This document shows positions 24,323 to 38,385 of a DNA stretch of 64,000 nucleotides, one piece after another. The position numbers and the translations under genes were made by a program. How positions within the stretch are numbered: the stretch's first letter is position 1; the number at the start of each line of letters is the position of its first letter. The DNA is from Lama glama. Taxonomy: Eukaryota. The stretch is from assembly GCA_028534125.1 (NCBI GenBank), contig CM052816.1, positions 9,240,001-9,304,000 of the forward strand. Reading direction: 5' to 3'. The notes below the pieces were generated by a model. The model was given only the letters and a program-made list of their open reading frames with translations. It had not been told where the DNA came from and ran no database searches.

Positions 24323-24709
24323 GTCAGTTCCTGAATGTCCGAGCCTTCAAAGCTTCATGCAAAGCCAGCAAACAGCCTCCACAATCAAGGGGGAGAGCCT
24401 TGTCAGGACTTTCTCCAGGTGGAATGCCTGTTCTCAAGTCTGCATCCTCCTGTGGGCTCCCTGCCCCGAGGCAGTGACCCCACTCCCCTCTAATAGGTCT
24501 CCACGTAGCAGAACCTTTGCAGGAATAAGGGGAATGATTACTGTTCCCCCAATTCCTTTCCTCGTTAGCAGGCTGAGTTCTGAATTTTAACAGTTAGAAA
24601 TTAATTCTTTAACGTCAGGGTTTGTTTGCCAGGACAAAAGAGAAATGTTATATTGTAGGATGACTTCCCCTCCCACTCTTCCTCTCTTCTTCCTCCTCCT
24701 TTTCTGTCT

Positions 24710-25125
24710 CCAAATATTTATTGAGAATTTGCTATGTTCAAGGCCCTGTTTTAAGAGCTGGAGATTCAGCAGTGAAAGACACAAACACACAGGCTCTGCC
24801 CCAGTGGAGGTGAAGCTGGTGGCCCTGTGAGGGAGTCAATCTGTACATAATGTGATGTCAGGCTGTGTGTGACACACTGTATTAGGTTAAGGGCCTTGAG
24901 AGTGACAGAAGTGACAGATTAGGGTAGGCTTAGCTTCACGAACAGGGTTAAGAGGAGAGACTGAGGAGGGTTGTTTTTTTTTAATCTATGATTTTTTAAA
25001 ACTTTTTTTATTGAGTTATAGTCATTTTACAATGTTGTGTCAAAGTCCGCTGTAGAGTGAGGAGGGTGTGTTTAAGTAGAGACCTGAGTGAAGTGAGAAT
25101 GTGCCCTGAAGCCACCTGGGGGAAC
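24710..25125 (-). mobile_element. L2 3' region
   Basis: caaatatttattgaga..ctggagattcagcagtgaaagac..tttaagtagagacctgagtgaagtgaga. Confidence 0.7.
24976..25057 (-). mobile_element. Very short L1 3' end inserted in the L2
   Basis: Poly(T) plus ttattgagttatagtcattttacaatgttgtgtc; TSD tgaggagggt at 24962-24971 and 25058-25067. Confidence 0.8.
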
Positions 25126-25799
25126 ACACCTCTACTTGCCAGAGTGATACCCACGAAATGGGGCAGGGTCTGCTTTCACCCGCAGATCAAACAGGACTAG
25201 CTTAATCCTGTTTTGAGGTGATACCCTCCTCCACATTGTTGAAGCCAATTCTTATCGTCCCTATTGGATCTTCTTATCCCAACAAATCTGAATGTTATTT
25301 CAGCCTAAAGTTACCTTTTGGGATAAGCTTCCCTTTAAAAACAGCTATTCTAGAATCTGAAGTTACTTGACTAAATAAATCTTTGTTTCTTCTGCCGTTC
25401 TTGATCCTCACAAGATTCCAGTGTTTTAGAATGAAAAGTGCCCTGTGAGGGCAGAGGGCCCAACCCCCTCATTTTAGAAATGGAGAAAGTCGGGCCCAGG
25501 CAGAGGAAGGGCCTTGCTTATGGCTGGTCACAGGGTTAGATACAAAATGGCAAAGTAGGGACACGCGCCCAGGTGTCCTGCTGATGCAGTGCTATTTCCC
25601 CTTCCACCCACAACACACCACATACATCCTCTAATCCACATCTATTTTCTGTACTTGCAGAATAGTAATAATAGCTCATGTTTCCCCAGAACCTGGGTTT
25701 CCTCTTGCAGTGTTGTTCTGTTCTCTGAGGATGTTTTCTGTGGAGAGAAACTCTCTGTAGGTTTTTTATCTTTTCTCCTATTAAATTAAATATTATCTT

Positions 25800-26025
25800 T
25801 TGCTCTACACCAGGCTCTGTGCTAAATGCTTTACACCCAGGATTTCATTTAACCCTCACAAGCCCTTTGGGAGGTGTTATTATAATCATTCTCATTGAAA
25901 GACTGGGAAGCTTAAGTTCAGAGAGGTTGAGTAACTTACCCAAGGTCACGCAGCTAGAGAACAGTGGAGCTAGAATGAGAACTCAAGCAGTGTGACTCCA
26001 GTGCCTGTACTCTCACCCACTGGGC
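25800..26025 (-). mobile_element. MIR SINE
   Basis: gctaaatgctttaca..cagagaggttgagtaacttacccaaggtcacgcagcta. Confidence 0.85.
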
Positions 26026-26779
26026 TAGCCTGCTCTTCATGTATAGCATCTGGCACCAGCAAGGACAGAAAGCTCCTATTGGAGCATCTGTCCCTTCAGA
26101 CTCATAGAGCCTCTATTTCTTTGGCCATTTTGGTTACTTTCCTTACCTCCATTATAGCAGGTGGTCCAGGCAAGGAGCCTACTGCCCCTCAATCTTCCTC
26201 TGGGAGGCTCCTGATACATAGGTTGGCATGCTTAGCATCACCTGATCTTGTTACACTAACTATAGGCGACACGAGACAGAATGGCAGCTTGACCCAAAGA
26301 CATACCAGGTATGTATGCTTTGTCCAGTAGGAGCACTGTGCCTTGGCTGGGGACAGGCTGAACTGATTAGACCTTACTTCTTAGAGAGTAGTAAGATAGG
26401 GGTCAGGCAGAGAACACTGCTCTTACTCAGAGAAGGCAGTGACAGATACCCACTGCTTACGGAGAGAGGAGATAATACAGTCATTAGGAGTGAAAACATT
26501 CCAGTGGCTGAACAATATTCTTGATTCCATGCTGTTTGGCTCTGTGGCTCAGATGGTCTCTTATCTTCCTTACTTCTCTTTAAATTCTTAAAATAAACTC
26601 CTAGTAAATGAGTAACATGGGTGGTCTCTGTCCACCCTCCCTGGAAGACACAGCTATCCTTGGTCTGTGTCCTTTCAGTTACAGCAGTCAGTTTGGCTAA
26701 TCACCCTCAGCACCAAGCGTCCACGTTGGCCAGGACTTCCACAGTCTGTTTTACTGGTCCCTTGCTGGACCTGAGATCA

Positions 26780-26948
26780 TTTCCCAGAGGGAGGCCTAGG
26801 GACCATCTGGGCAGATTCCTGAGGCTCATCTCAGGCCTGCTGAATCAGAATTTCTGAGGGTGGTGCCTGAGGGATTTATGTACCCAAATTCTTCAGCTAC
26901 TTTTATTCCCAAGTGATTTTTATGGATCCTAAAGTTTGAAAACAGTGG
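26780..26948. mobile_element. MER5A-like MITE
   Basis: ctgaatcagaatttctgagggtgg..aagtgatttt..ctaaagtttgaaaacagtg. Confidence 0.65.
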
Positions 26949-27029
26949 CCACGGAGAGCTGCTTTTGGGTCAGATATGCATCCTGGGTTCTACCAAATGT
27001 GACGAGCATGCATTCCATTGAGTAACACA

Positions 27030-27365
27030 CCCATGTTCTGTTGGGGGATTGGAGGCAGGTGGCATTGGACCACAGCAGCCAACACTTGCTGATATGTTCT
27101 AGGAACTGATTACCCCTGAAATTGTAAAATGTCATCCGTGAGCTTAATCTACGCATTGCAGAAGTATTGTGTTTAAAAGATTTTGAGTTGTTTGCCAGCC
27201 TTAATGACCAGAAGATTTCACACACACACAAAATACTGACTTCCAACTTTTGAAAATTTGGAAGCCCTAGAGGCACTGAACCTTCATTCTGTTTGGCAAC
27301 ACTCGACTATTGCTGGATAGCGGACGCCACCTTTAGGTGGGACTTGAGTGCCCCTGTTTACTCCC
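27030..27365 (+). mobile_element. MER102-like hAT element
   Basis: agatttcaca..tgacttcc..ggcaacactcgact..gctggatagcggacgccacctttag. Confidence 0.5.
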
Positions 27366-28644
27366 ATTTCCCTCTAGTCTCTTCAAATTTGTCAGTGGTT
27401 CAAGAGAAGTGGAAGTGAGTACATTTTCTTGGTATGAAGAATATTCCTTCATGTTTAATAGGTCGATTTTGTGACTGTATTGAAAACAGCACAATTCAAG
27501 AAGGGGGTTTCATTTTACTCATGCCTGATGTACACCTGATCTTAAAGGCATTTAGTTGGGGCTCTGGACACTGACTCCCAGATCTCTCCCAACTGGGAGC
27601 TCAGAGTCCACCATAAACCCAGAATCCAACTGTGGGGTTGCAGTATCCTCCTTGTACAGATGGAGAGACAATAGCCCCGAAAAGGGAAGAGCCCTTCTAG
27701 AGGTCACTCAGGAGGGGAGCATGGCCAGGGTGCCTGCCCACTCCTCACTCCTGTGCATTATCCAGCCTCCACATTCTTCACCTAGAGCCAGAACTATTTC
27801 CTCCAAATTTTCCTTACTCTTGGCCGAATCATTTTTTTCTCCCTGGATGTTTATTGTATTCTAAGTACAGTGCTAACTATCATGTTTTACAAACATGTCT
27901 GGTTTAATTATCATCCCTGTTTGATAAATGTGAAAACTAAGGTTTACAGAGTTACTTGTCAGTGGAACAGAAGGGATCTGAACCCAGGTCTGGGTACAAT
28001 CTGAGCTAGTAACTGATACAGTCAGGACTGACATCTAAGTCTGGCTACAAGGGTTGGGGGCATAACCGTGGCTTCATTTGCTGCTCTTCTGCACCTCCTG
28101 GAACCACCTGAGACCTACCAAGTGTTCATTTGCATTGTTTGGTCTGTAATCACCCTATAGAACTCATCGTCATATGTAAATGTGGGTGTGTAGAGGGGCT
28201 ACATCCATTCTGTGCCACATTTACTGTGCCTGTGTGGTTTTGTGATCATGCAACCTTCAAACACAGTGAGCAGCAGCCGCAGCCTAGACCCTCAGGGGAA
28301 GTGACCTCCATGAACGAGGACTCTGAGTCCACAGACAGGAAGGGACTTCTCAGGTGTCACACCATGAGTGCTAACTTTCCAAAGACTAGAGCCAAAACTC
28401 TCCAGGGCCCAAACTAACACACAGGGTCCAGACCTTTTCCTGCACCATTCTTTCTTCAAAACACAATGCTAGCTCCCTTATATTCCAATTTAATTACTGA
28501 AGTGTGGTGAAATGCTTGTGTTATCTTAATCTCACTTTCTGAAACATAGTGGCAGTGATCTTGTGTTTTTATCTCACTTTGTGAAAGACGAAATAGTGAC
28601 CTCTGGTCACTCAGAACCCTAACATCACAGAAAGGGGAGACTTG

Positions 28645-28865
28645 ATCTGTAATTTTTCACACCATGCTCCAAAGAACCCTCCACGTCTCCTGTAGGCATT
28701 TCTGAGATTTTGAAAGTAATAGTATCTTTGCCACCAAAAAATAAAGATTCAAACTGACTAATGAACATGTTAATCACCCATTTAGAAATATATTTTATAT
28801 ATTGGGGTTTAGTGTAAGATGTCCTTTTAAAGAAAGAGTTCTGCTGCTAAAAATGATTGCAAATC
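28645..28865. mobile_element. MER112-like hAT MITE
   Basis: ttggggtttagtgtaagatgtccttttaaagaaagagttctgctgctaaaaa. Confidence 0.55.
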
Positions 28866-29439
28866 TCTTTTTCTAAACTATCATGGGTCACAGAGGTACA
28901 GGATACATCTGCTCGGAGGTAGAAAGTAAACATGAATCAACGTCAAGTACCCCAGCAAAGCAGAGGAAACCCAATCCTCACCTTGGGCTAACCAAGCACC
29001 TTGCTGAAAGTTGATCCAGCCTTCCCAGCATCCCCGCCTCAGTCTTCTGGGACAATGGCAGTGTTTCCTCTGTCCCCGCTGGGCATGCATTGACCTGCCT
29101 GTCTTTGCAACGCAGGCCCTGGAATGCCTAGATGTCCCTTGGCACGAGGGTCTGAGCTTACTGGAGGGTCTTAATATATAGGCTGGTCTGCTAGGATTCT
29201 CCACTCTGGGTTCTAGAACCCAGAGACTTGGTTGCAGATTCTGGCACTGGGAACCTGGGGTCATGGGTTGTCAGGGAGAAGGGATCTGTGAAGGTTTCTG
29301 GAAACAGAGCTACAGCTAATATTTCCTTCTCTGTTAGTACGGAGGATTAGAAAGGTCTGTTCACACAGGAACAAACTTGAGAAAAGCAAACAGATGAAGC
29401 AGATTTACGCTCAGGCCTGTTCTCCCCATGCTTCCCCAG

Positions 29440-29525
29440 CACGCACACACACACACACACACACAGACACACATACACAGACTCACACACACGCACTCGC
29501 AGACTCAGACTCAGATTCAGACTTG
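29440..29525 (+). repeat. Interrupted (CA)n grading into (CAGACT)n
   Basis: cacacaca..cagacacacatacacagactca..cagactcagactcagattcagact. Confidence 0.9.
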
Positions 29526-29929
29526 GTTCGGCTCAGCTGTAGTTCTAGTTCAGCTGTGGTTCTTAGTAAAGTGGTTTAACTAGTCAGGCCAGATACCCTG
29601 CTTTTTTCCTCTCCAGCCAGCCTTGCCACCTCTCCTGCTTGTCTTTTTCGTAGCAGGTAAATAACCATGGACTTCTCCCCTGGCCTCCCTGGCAGCTCAC
29701 CCAGCCCTGGACCCCTCCCACTGCTCATCTCCGCAATAGTGTCAACACCAGACTCTGTATCATCAGATAACTCAGATCTCAGAACTGAGGGGCTGGGGGA
29801 TCAGCTTCTCCTCTGTAAGCCCTTCTTTTTACATGCTGGTGAGTTTGGGGCCCAATATCTCAGGAGGAGGAAGTGGCAGCTCCATCTTCAAAGGAGCACC
29901 CAGACTTCTGCATGAAGCTGGAAGCCTGT

Positions 29930-30240
29930 CAAATCAGATTTCACAAGTGGCTGTACCAGCCCCACAGACACTTTTTTTTTTTTTGGTTTATATACTGTGG
30001 GATGTCACAGTATTTTGTGATATAAATTTAGAGTCAACATTTTTAAAATGGGAAATTTCAGCCCTCAAAAGTCTAGATTTCTGGCTTCTTCTGAAAAATT
30101 GCAAGTCTGATGACCTAGACCCCCGTCCCCCTGGGGCAGTAATCTCTGAAGGTGGATAGTTACCCTTACTTTTAGAGGGAGAACTGGCTTAATCTCGTTC
30201 TCTTCCCAGTTGGGCCCTTATGTGCACTTGTATTTGCAAC
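29930..30240 (+). mobile_element. MER102-like hAT element
   Basis: caacatttttaaaatgggaaatttca..aaagtctagatttctggcttcttctgaaaaat. Confidence 0.55.
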
Positions 30241-30959
30241 CTCTATCTTAAGTAAAAATAACAAGACGGTATTGATAATTGTTTATGTACATGGAGTATT
30301 CTACCACTAGCAGGCACCATCTAAGAACTTCATGTGTATGTTATTTAATTCTCAGTAAAGCACTGGAAGGTCCACTTATTATTTTTTCCATTTTATAAAT
30401 TAAAAATAGAGTTGAGTTAAGAGATCTGCCTAAGGTCATACACATAAGAAGAAGCAGAGCCGGGATTAGAGGTCAGATTGATCTAACTCTGTGAACTACG
30501 CTGATTCCAAGGCCTAGGCAGACTTTGCCCATGGGGATGGCTTTCAGGGAGTTAACTCAGACTTTCTCCAGCCCTTATCTACATGAGGAGTTTCAAGCTC
30601 TGCTCTCAACAAACAGCCAGTGAGACTTTGCCACTTGTATGTCCACAAGCTTTCACCAAATGGAGAATCAGACTAACAGGCAAGAGCAGCCGTTGCATTC
30701 TTCTGCTCTCCAGACTCCCAACCCCTTCTGTTCCTCCTTCTGACTTCTCTCTCTGCTCAGGCTGCAGTGGCATTCTCCTCTTTCAATGTGCCATGAAGGC
30801 ACTTGCACTTCATCTCTGACTCTACCCTTTCCTGCTCATTGTTTTAAATCAACAACCAATGATACACTGAACCCCTTTCATGTGTTTTCTATGTTTCTGG
30901 TTTCAGATCTTTGTGTTTCCTTTTCCACCTCAAGTCCACTCTGCAAGGCATTGCCATGT

Positions 30960-31330
30960 GAATCTGCTTAAAGCGTTGATCAGATCACATCACTCCCTGC
31001 CTTAAGGACCATCACTGGCCTCCACTGCCTGGTGGAGGCAGGATCCCCTCCTTTAGCATGGCCGCCGGGATGCTCTGTGATATTGGGGAAGCTTCTCCAG
31101 GCATAGCTTCCTCTTTACCTTTCCATTCCTCCAGCCAAGGAAGCAATTCCCAATTTCTCAAGGGTCCCAGTGCTTGTCCCATCTAAATATTTGTCCCTTG
31201 TGTTTGGAATGCTCCACTGCTCAGCTTTCCTTGTGGGACTTCTCTCCATTTTTTAAGACCTAGCTCAAAAGCCACCTCCAGGAAGCCTTCCCTAAACAAA
31301 ATATTCTCCCACACCATCCTCATCCCTGTA
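30960..31330 (+). mobile_element. L2 fragment
   Basis: cagatcacatcactccctgc..ctagctcaaaagccacctccaggaagccttccct. Confidence 0.7.
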
Positions 31331-31594
31331 CCCCAGCCAGAGAGGCAAACTCTCACCATTTGACAACCATTTACGGAACATTTATTATGTGCCAGGCACT
31401 GCGGATACTCATTCATGCATTCTTCCAACTTTCGGCAAATACTCACCGAGTGTTTACTATGTGGCCAGCACTATCCTGATAGTAGATGTAACACTGCCGT
31501 GACTTAATACCAGTGCAATGAAGAAACTGTAAAGCAGCCGAGTCTGATTCATGGAGAGGGGAGTGATAATAAACATACGAGGGATGAACAGGAT

Positions 31595-31630
31595 CCACCA
31601 GGAACCGTGGCACCACCAGGAACCATGGCA
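31595..31630 (+). repeat. 18-bp tandem duplication
   Basis: ccaccaggaaccgtggca / ccaccaggaaccatggca, one CpG-type mismatch. Confidence 0.9.
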
Positions 31631-33444
31631 CTGAGGGACGCCTGCTCCAGAGATATGCAGGCCTAGCTGGACTGGCCCAGGAGAAAAAGTTCATTCTCTT
31701 GCAATTCTGTGGCTCTTCCTGCATCCTGACTCCTTTGATGTTGATTGACACTGAAGCTTTTGGGCTTCCTTGTTCAGCTCTCTCCAAAGGAGATGCACCA
31801 ATGAGAGGGATCTGCTTCCGGGGGCTGCAGATGCAGGAGCCTCCCATGGCTGGATCCTGGAGGCTCTGTCCTGATGCCAAGTGCCCCACAGTTAGAAGAG
31901 GAACTGCAGAGCGGGGCCACCCTATATCATGGGGCAATGCAGCCAATCAGAACAAAGCTTGCCAAGAAGGGCAAAGGGGTCAATCTTTCCTTCTGTGTGC
32001 CCTTCTGAAATCTGTGAGCAGGATTGCAAGCTTCAGCTGAGAGTAACTCAGATGGACTGATCATGCTGGACATGATGGACACCCTAGGCAAACTGGCTGC
32101 CTCTTCCGTGCTCCACTCACTCAAGTCCCTCCCCGTGGAATGTGCACCCCACTTTCCTCTCTGAGGATGATGCTGACAGTGCTGATGAGGACCACGAGGA
32201 GCATTAGCTGAAGCTCTGTGCTAAGTGTTCTGTGTGGTTTTTCTCATTTCATGCTCTTGTATAGTCCTTACCCTTATTTTTTAAGTAAGGACTCTCAGGC
32301 TTAAAGAGGTTAAGAAATTTGCACATGGGGCACATGGTAGTGTCAGAATTCAAAACTAACCAGACACCAGACTCCAGAACCCCTGTGTTTAACCACATTA
32401 TAGCATCTTCCTGTGCTGTTGAGATTATACCCCACCCCAAGGCTTCATTCAAATATCACCTCTACTATGAAGTTCCCTTGATTACCTTTTCCATCCCTGT
32501 ATGTGGGACATATAACTGCCCTGCGCAGTAGTGGTCATTCATTTGTTCAACACTTACTGCATGTCCACTGGCTGCTCTTTGATGAATAACTCTGCCTCTC
32601 CTCTTGAAAGCCCCTGTCCAGTTACTATAGGGCAGGATCGAGGCTACTATGTGATATATTTGGTCTGCTTACTTCCTCACTTTCAGGGCCTGAGAAAGTC
32701 ATGGGTCTTTTTCTATAGCCAGACCATCAAAGCCATTTAACAATTCAGGTCAGCCATATGGAAGTTTGGCAAGCTGCAAAGCAAACAGGTGGAGAAATAG
32801 CAGGGAGTTCCTCTAGGCAAAGCAATGCTGGAGGAAGAGCATTTATAATTCTTGCCCCTCTCCCTGTAACAGTCCCACAGAATTGAACTTCTGAGTCCTC
32901 TGGAGAGAAAGGAATTATCTGCTGAAGCTGTGTGTGGCGTGATTCTGGTTTTGTGGGTTTTTACCAAGTGTTTATGAAATCACTTTAAGCAAAGCCCTAC
33001 TCCTTTCTCCAGGGTGTCATTCCAGCATCTCTAAGCCCAGGGCTTAGAAGGAACCAGGATTAGGCTGTGTCCTATCGAATTCCCAGGCTCAGGCCCAGAG
33101 AAGGCCCCCGACTCCCCACCCCGCACCAAGTAACTGAATGGTGTTTCTTCAATCAGTTAGAAGACCTTTAAGAAGGAGGATGGGAGAAAACTTGCCCAAG
33201 AGAGTCCCAGGCAGGCTATTTAGAAACTGCCGTCAATTTTGCCCCGTCCCTTCTCAAGAACTGACAGGAGGTTCTTAGTGTTCCAAATGGAGACAATGGT
33301 TCTGAGGTTTTTTATGCAACAGGTGGAACTTTGGGAATCACACCAAATTAATGAAATCTCTCCCCACGAAATCACCCCTCTCCCACACACAACATTTCAG
33401 TGTATTCAAGGGCTTCCTGCAGTCCATCCATGAACCCCAAATTT

Positions 33445-33698
33445 GATGTCCCCAAGGTGCTGTACACAAAGAAGATGATTTTAGATGGTCCATGGACAAA
33501 TATTTAGTTTTCATTCCTGAGTAATTATTCTAATATATAATGAAATCATAATTAACATATCATATCTGCAATATTGTATGTGTCCTAGGATGAGGGAATA
33601 ATTACGACTAGAATTGAAGTCAGTTCTAAGGGAGCATTAAGTAAATGATCACCATTCCAGGGAACCTGTGTGTGGAGAAAAGACTGGGAAGCACCATA
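33445..33698. mobile_element. MER113-like hAT MITE
   Basis: ccccaaggtg..agatgattttagatggtccatggac..taggatgagg..gactgggaagcac. Confidence 0.5.
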
Positions 33699-36074
33699 AC
33701 ATACATGACCCATGTCATGGATGCGCTGCCCTAGTTTGTGAATCTCCAACCTGATTCAACGATCTCATCATGTGAATGTGGCAACTGAGGCCCAGGGAGT
33801 TAAGTGACCTACCTCAGAGCTCTCAACAGTCAGAAGCAGATTGGAGGAAAGTCCCCAGAGCAGCACATGCCCGGGCCAGTGTTTTTTTTTTTTTTCTGTG
33901 GCACCAGTAACTTTCTTGCTTTTCTACCCTTGCAGTTTTAACCTCAGAGGGCAAAAGGAGTCTACCTGGGTTCACTTCCGGGAGCAGGGAGAACCTGCAG
34001 TAACCTCAAACAGCCAGTTAGATCGCTGTCATTTGCAAGAGCTTTTATAAGTATTTTCCTTAGATTCTTCTCACTGCTTATACTTATAAATGAAAAAGTG
34101 TTTCAAGATGTTTGTCATTCCTCCCACATTGTTCCAGGTTTGCTGTGTAGAGTCTCAGGAAATGATTTGATGTTCTTCCCCAGGGGTTATTCTGTTTAGC
34201 TGGAGTCAAAATAGAGAACCGAATTTGTTGTGAGGCTTCTTTCAGTTTGCATTGACCTCTTGCTTGCTGGTCTGGTTACTGGTTGAAAGCTAGTGGTATG
34301 TAATATAGAGACTTTCTTTATATCCTTTGCTTGGGTCAGCCCCGCTGGGGAGCATTGTTCTGGGTTCTAAATGTATCCCTTTAAGAGGGACACAGACCTA
34401 GGGGACTGTGGCCAGAGGGAAGGTGACCGGACAGGCAGGAGACTGCTGCCTGAATCAGACAAGGGACAACGGAAGAAACTGGCATTGGGGTTCCACTTGC
34501 AGGCAGAAGACATGAGGGGCCATTACAAGGTCACTGTCTGCAGATCTTTGAAGGGCTTTTGTGGAACCAGGCAGGTGAGGGTGGGGCAGGACAGGTCAGG
34601 CACGCAGTGCTCTGGGTCTGCTGCTCTCTGGTCAGCAGAGTTCGTGGGTGGAACACAGTGGACAGGTGGGCAGGGGTACACAGCAGCTCCAGGTAATTGT
34701 TCTCATGCAGGCATTCAGGCCAAAGATCTAAATTTCATATGAAATCTGATTTTTAAACAGTGGCAATACATTTCACAAATATCTGAAAACATTGTTTGGC
34801 CAAACAAAACACACCTGTGAATCAGGTCCCAGCTGCAGACTACCATTTTGGAACTTTTGTGTTCATAAGTTATTTTGGTGTTCTTGGTTCCTGATCCAGT
34901 ACTTGAGCCCAGACATGACTCCCCTTTTTTTGGGTGGCATGGTCCGTGAGTAGTGTTCAGGGTACACAAGGACTTAGAACAGCATCCTCACCACTCTTTA
35001 GGGAAAAGTGGAAAGCTCCAAGGGTTGAGGGACTCCTTCTGGGATAAAGGGAGGGTCAGGCAATTCCAGGGAACCTGGAGGAGGTGGCATTGTACCAGGA
35101 AATATTGATACAGGAATGGGATATCCGAGTTCTCATACCACCCGTGTGATCCCCTAGTTGTATGTCTTGGAATAAGTAATTTCTCTGGGTCTGTTTCTTC
35201 CTCTATAAAATGAGAGATGGGATTGGATGGGGTTCTGTGATTTTATGACAGTCACTTCTCCTCACCCCTACAGGACTTCCACATTCCTGTATCCTGTGTC
35301 CCTTTCTGTAGTAGGTTTCTGCCAACCCTAGGAAATCCCTCTACAGAGCCAGCCTGGGTCAAGTTGCCCCTTCCTGCCACCTTAAGGATCTCTCTGCTTG
35401 TAACATCTTCCTTCTACTCTACCCACTAACTCCTACTCATCTGCTCCTTGGACAAGCTTCTGCTGACCCCAGGCCAGGTCTGTTCCGCAATTATGTATCG
35501 CTTTGCATCAGAGTACTTCCTATAGTTGCCCTAATCATTTATTTGTATGATTAGCAGATTAGTATCTCCTTAGGTAGATTATCTTGATGATCTCTTCCAA
35601 CCCTGGTAGTCAGTGATTCTGGGATAACAAACCAACAAGGGGCAAAGCACAGAGCAAGGGTTCTCAAGCTTTATTTCTGCCCCATGCCCTGACAGATTAC
35701 AATAAACCCAGCATAAATTGGGCTCACCAGACAGAAATACTCATGTGGAGGTGAAGAGCCCACACCTGGTCTTGACATTTTTCCTGCTGCCTGTTAGCTG
35801 TGTGACTTTTTAGACAGGCCACACTGAGCCTCAGTTTGCTATTCTGTAATGTGGGAAAAAATAGCTGATCCATGGGGTTCTTGTGAGAAATAAGTGAGTT
35901 AAATCACTTAGCTCCCGTCAGGCACAAAGCAAGCGTGCAACACACGGAAACCATGAGAATATTTTCAAATTGCAGGTCAGAGCATAGATCCTTAGCTGGA
36001 GTTTTGAAATTTTCTCTCTTCACCTATCAGCACCTCTCCCTCCACCAAAGGACTAAGAGAGACAGGAAGAGAAA

Positions 36075-36280
36075 TCAACGATTCTTAACCAGGGAACAGT
36101 TTTCCTCCAGGGGACATTTTGCAATGTCTGGGAATATTTCTGGTTGTTACGATATGGGGCGGGGAGATGCTACTGGCAACTAGTGGGTACAGGCCAGGAA
36201 TGCTGCTAAACATCCTGCAATGTACAGGGCAGCTTCCACAACAAAGAGTTATCTGGTATAAAATACCAAAAGTGGGCTAA
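36075..36280 (+). mobile_element. MER20 hAT-Charlie MITE
   Basis: ggggacattttgcaatgtctgg..tgctactggcaactagtgggtacaggccaggaatgctgctaaacatcct. Confidence 0.9.
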
Positions 36281-38038
36281 ACTGTAACCCAGGGACACAG
36301 ACTACAATAAAAGAAAACAATTTCATGAGGTTTTATGTCCATATAATATGTATATAACATACACATACACATAAACACACTTTATGTCTCTATATGCTAT
36401 CTGTCTATGGACCATATACTCTGTGTGTGTGTGTCTATAGTCTTGTATGTCCTAAAGTCCATGTGCATGCAGTCAACTGACAGCTCACACATAGACAAAG
36501 CCAGGGCACAGACTCCCAGCCATAGGCCAGACTGACTCACACTCTGGAGGCTGACTTACTGGAATGCAAAAGTTAGCGTCTGATCTACGCACAATTTTTC
36601 AGGAAAGTAAAGCTTCAGGGAGGCTGGGATGTCCCTGGTTTCCCATACAGTGCCATCACAGAGCATGACATACATTGGTGCCCACACCCTCTTCCTGCTT
36701 AAGCTTTCTGATACTGAGCAATTCTTATCCCTCAGAAACTCTTTAGGAAAGTGAGAGGCCAAGAGGTTGCAGGCAGCTGGGGAAATGACGGGGGCTGGGC
36801 ATTGTGCTGTTGCCACCAACTGGTGGGGCCACCTTGTTGATTCACTTTCCCTTTGGGTTTAATTCCCTAATCAGTGAGATGAGAGTGTGGGATGAAACGA
36901 CCTTCCTTCTGTTCAGACAGTGCTGACTCTTATTAGGCAAGGTTGGAATTCTCTTGTACGGGCCTATTTCCCAGCCACTGTGGGAGGCAGCAAATCACAG
37001 AAGTTGGGAACCTCAGCTTGGGAATTAGAGAATCAGACAAACTTGGGTTGGAAATCCTAGTTTTTTTCTCTTCTGCATAAACCTTGAGAAGTTACTTAAA
37101 TGCATAGTAATACTACTTACCTCAACAGGCTGATGCAAGATGAAATAAGATGTTGTTTGATTACTCTCTTGACACAGAGTAAGCACTTGATAAATAGAAG
37201 CTGCTATTATTATAATTATCAGTGTTATTATAAGATATTGAGGAGGGTGGTGGTATAACTAAGAAATGGTCTTTATTACAGTCTACCAAGAAAATCCGAT
37301 GAGCGATACAGACAATGATGAAGTGCTAGGTAGAAGCATGGCCACTGAGACGTGAGATGGGGTTTGTATTTAGGATGAAGAAGTTCATCCCAGCTGGAGA
37401 GGTCAAAGGAGGCTTTGCTTTGTGGAAAAGGCAGGGCATAGAATAGGAGTGTTTCAGAACATGCTGGGAAATTTCCTCACCTAAGATATTTTCTAGATTC
37501 TAAGCACCCACATCTTTACTCTCCTAAGCAGCAATCACATGGGACAAGCAAGTTCTTTTCTGTGTTCCACATTCAGCCTAGGTGTCTGTGGAACTGACAG
37601 ATTCCACAAATACTTTTCGTTCTGCCTGGTCCCTCTGTCGAAAGGGACCCAGAAAGGAAGGGTGTATACACACACACACAAACACCTACACACCTGCGTC
37701 CCTAAAGAGTGTTTGGTGGCAGGACACAAGTGTGCAAAAGGGAAAAAAAGAAAAGAGCAGAAAAATTCATGTTGCCTCCTCTAACCAAGGACTTGGGTGG
37801 AGAGTTTAAAGAGTAAATATCTTCCACTAACTCTTTGGCTGCTCTGTGAGGCTCACATCACACAAGCTGTGCACACCCAGCCATACCCAGGGCTCTCAGG
37901 AAGCAAAGTGGCCTCCACAGGAAGAGAGGAGCAGTGAGAAGTGAGGGTGAGAACAAGGCAGTGAGGCAGGTCCTAAACAGGGGAACAAAGCCACACACTT
38001 GATGTCTCAGCCCAGCCCTGCTCCTTTGAATGGAAAAG

Positions 38039-38385
38039 CCATCAGCAGAAACATGGATGTACCTTGAGGGTGTTATGCTAAGTGAAATAAATCAGATGGA
38101 GAAAGACCACTATCAATTTCACTCATATGTGGAATCTAAAAATAAAAAAAAATACATAAATAAGTGTATAAACCAAACCAAACAGGAACAAGCACACAGA
38201 CACGTGGAACAGAGTCGTGGCTACCAGAGGAGAAGAGGGTGGGGGAGAACAAAATGGGTAGAGGGGTCCCCTGTATGGTGACGAAAGGAAACAACTTTTG
38301 GTGGTGAGCACGCTGTAGTGTTTATAGAAGTCGAAATATAATATTGTACACACAGGTATATAATAAAGCTTTATTTTAAAAAAAT
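38039..38385 (+). mobile_element. L1 3' end (ORF2 tail plus 3'UTR)
   Basis: catggatgtaccttgagggtgttatgctaagtgaaataaatcag..tcactcatatgtggaatctaaaa..aataaa followed by an A-rich tail. Confidence 0.85.

Noticed and set aside
29653..29844. Possible exon with accATGg start (29667) and CTG/gtgagt donor
   Set aside because: The 3' part resembles a decayed MER5-type MITE, it sits among repeats, and the peptide is unrecognisable.
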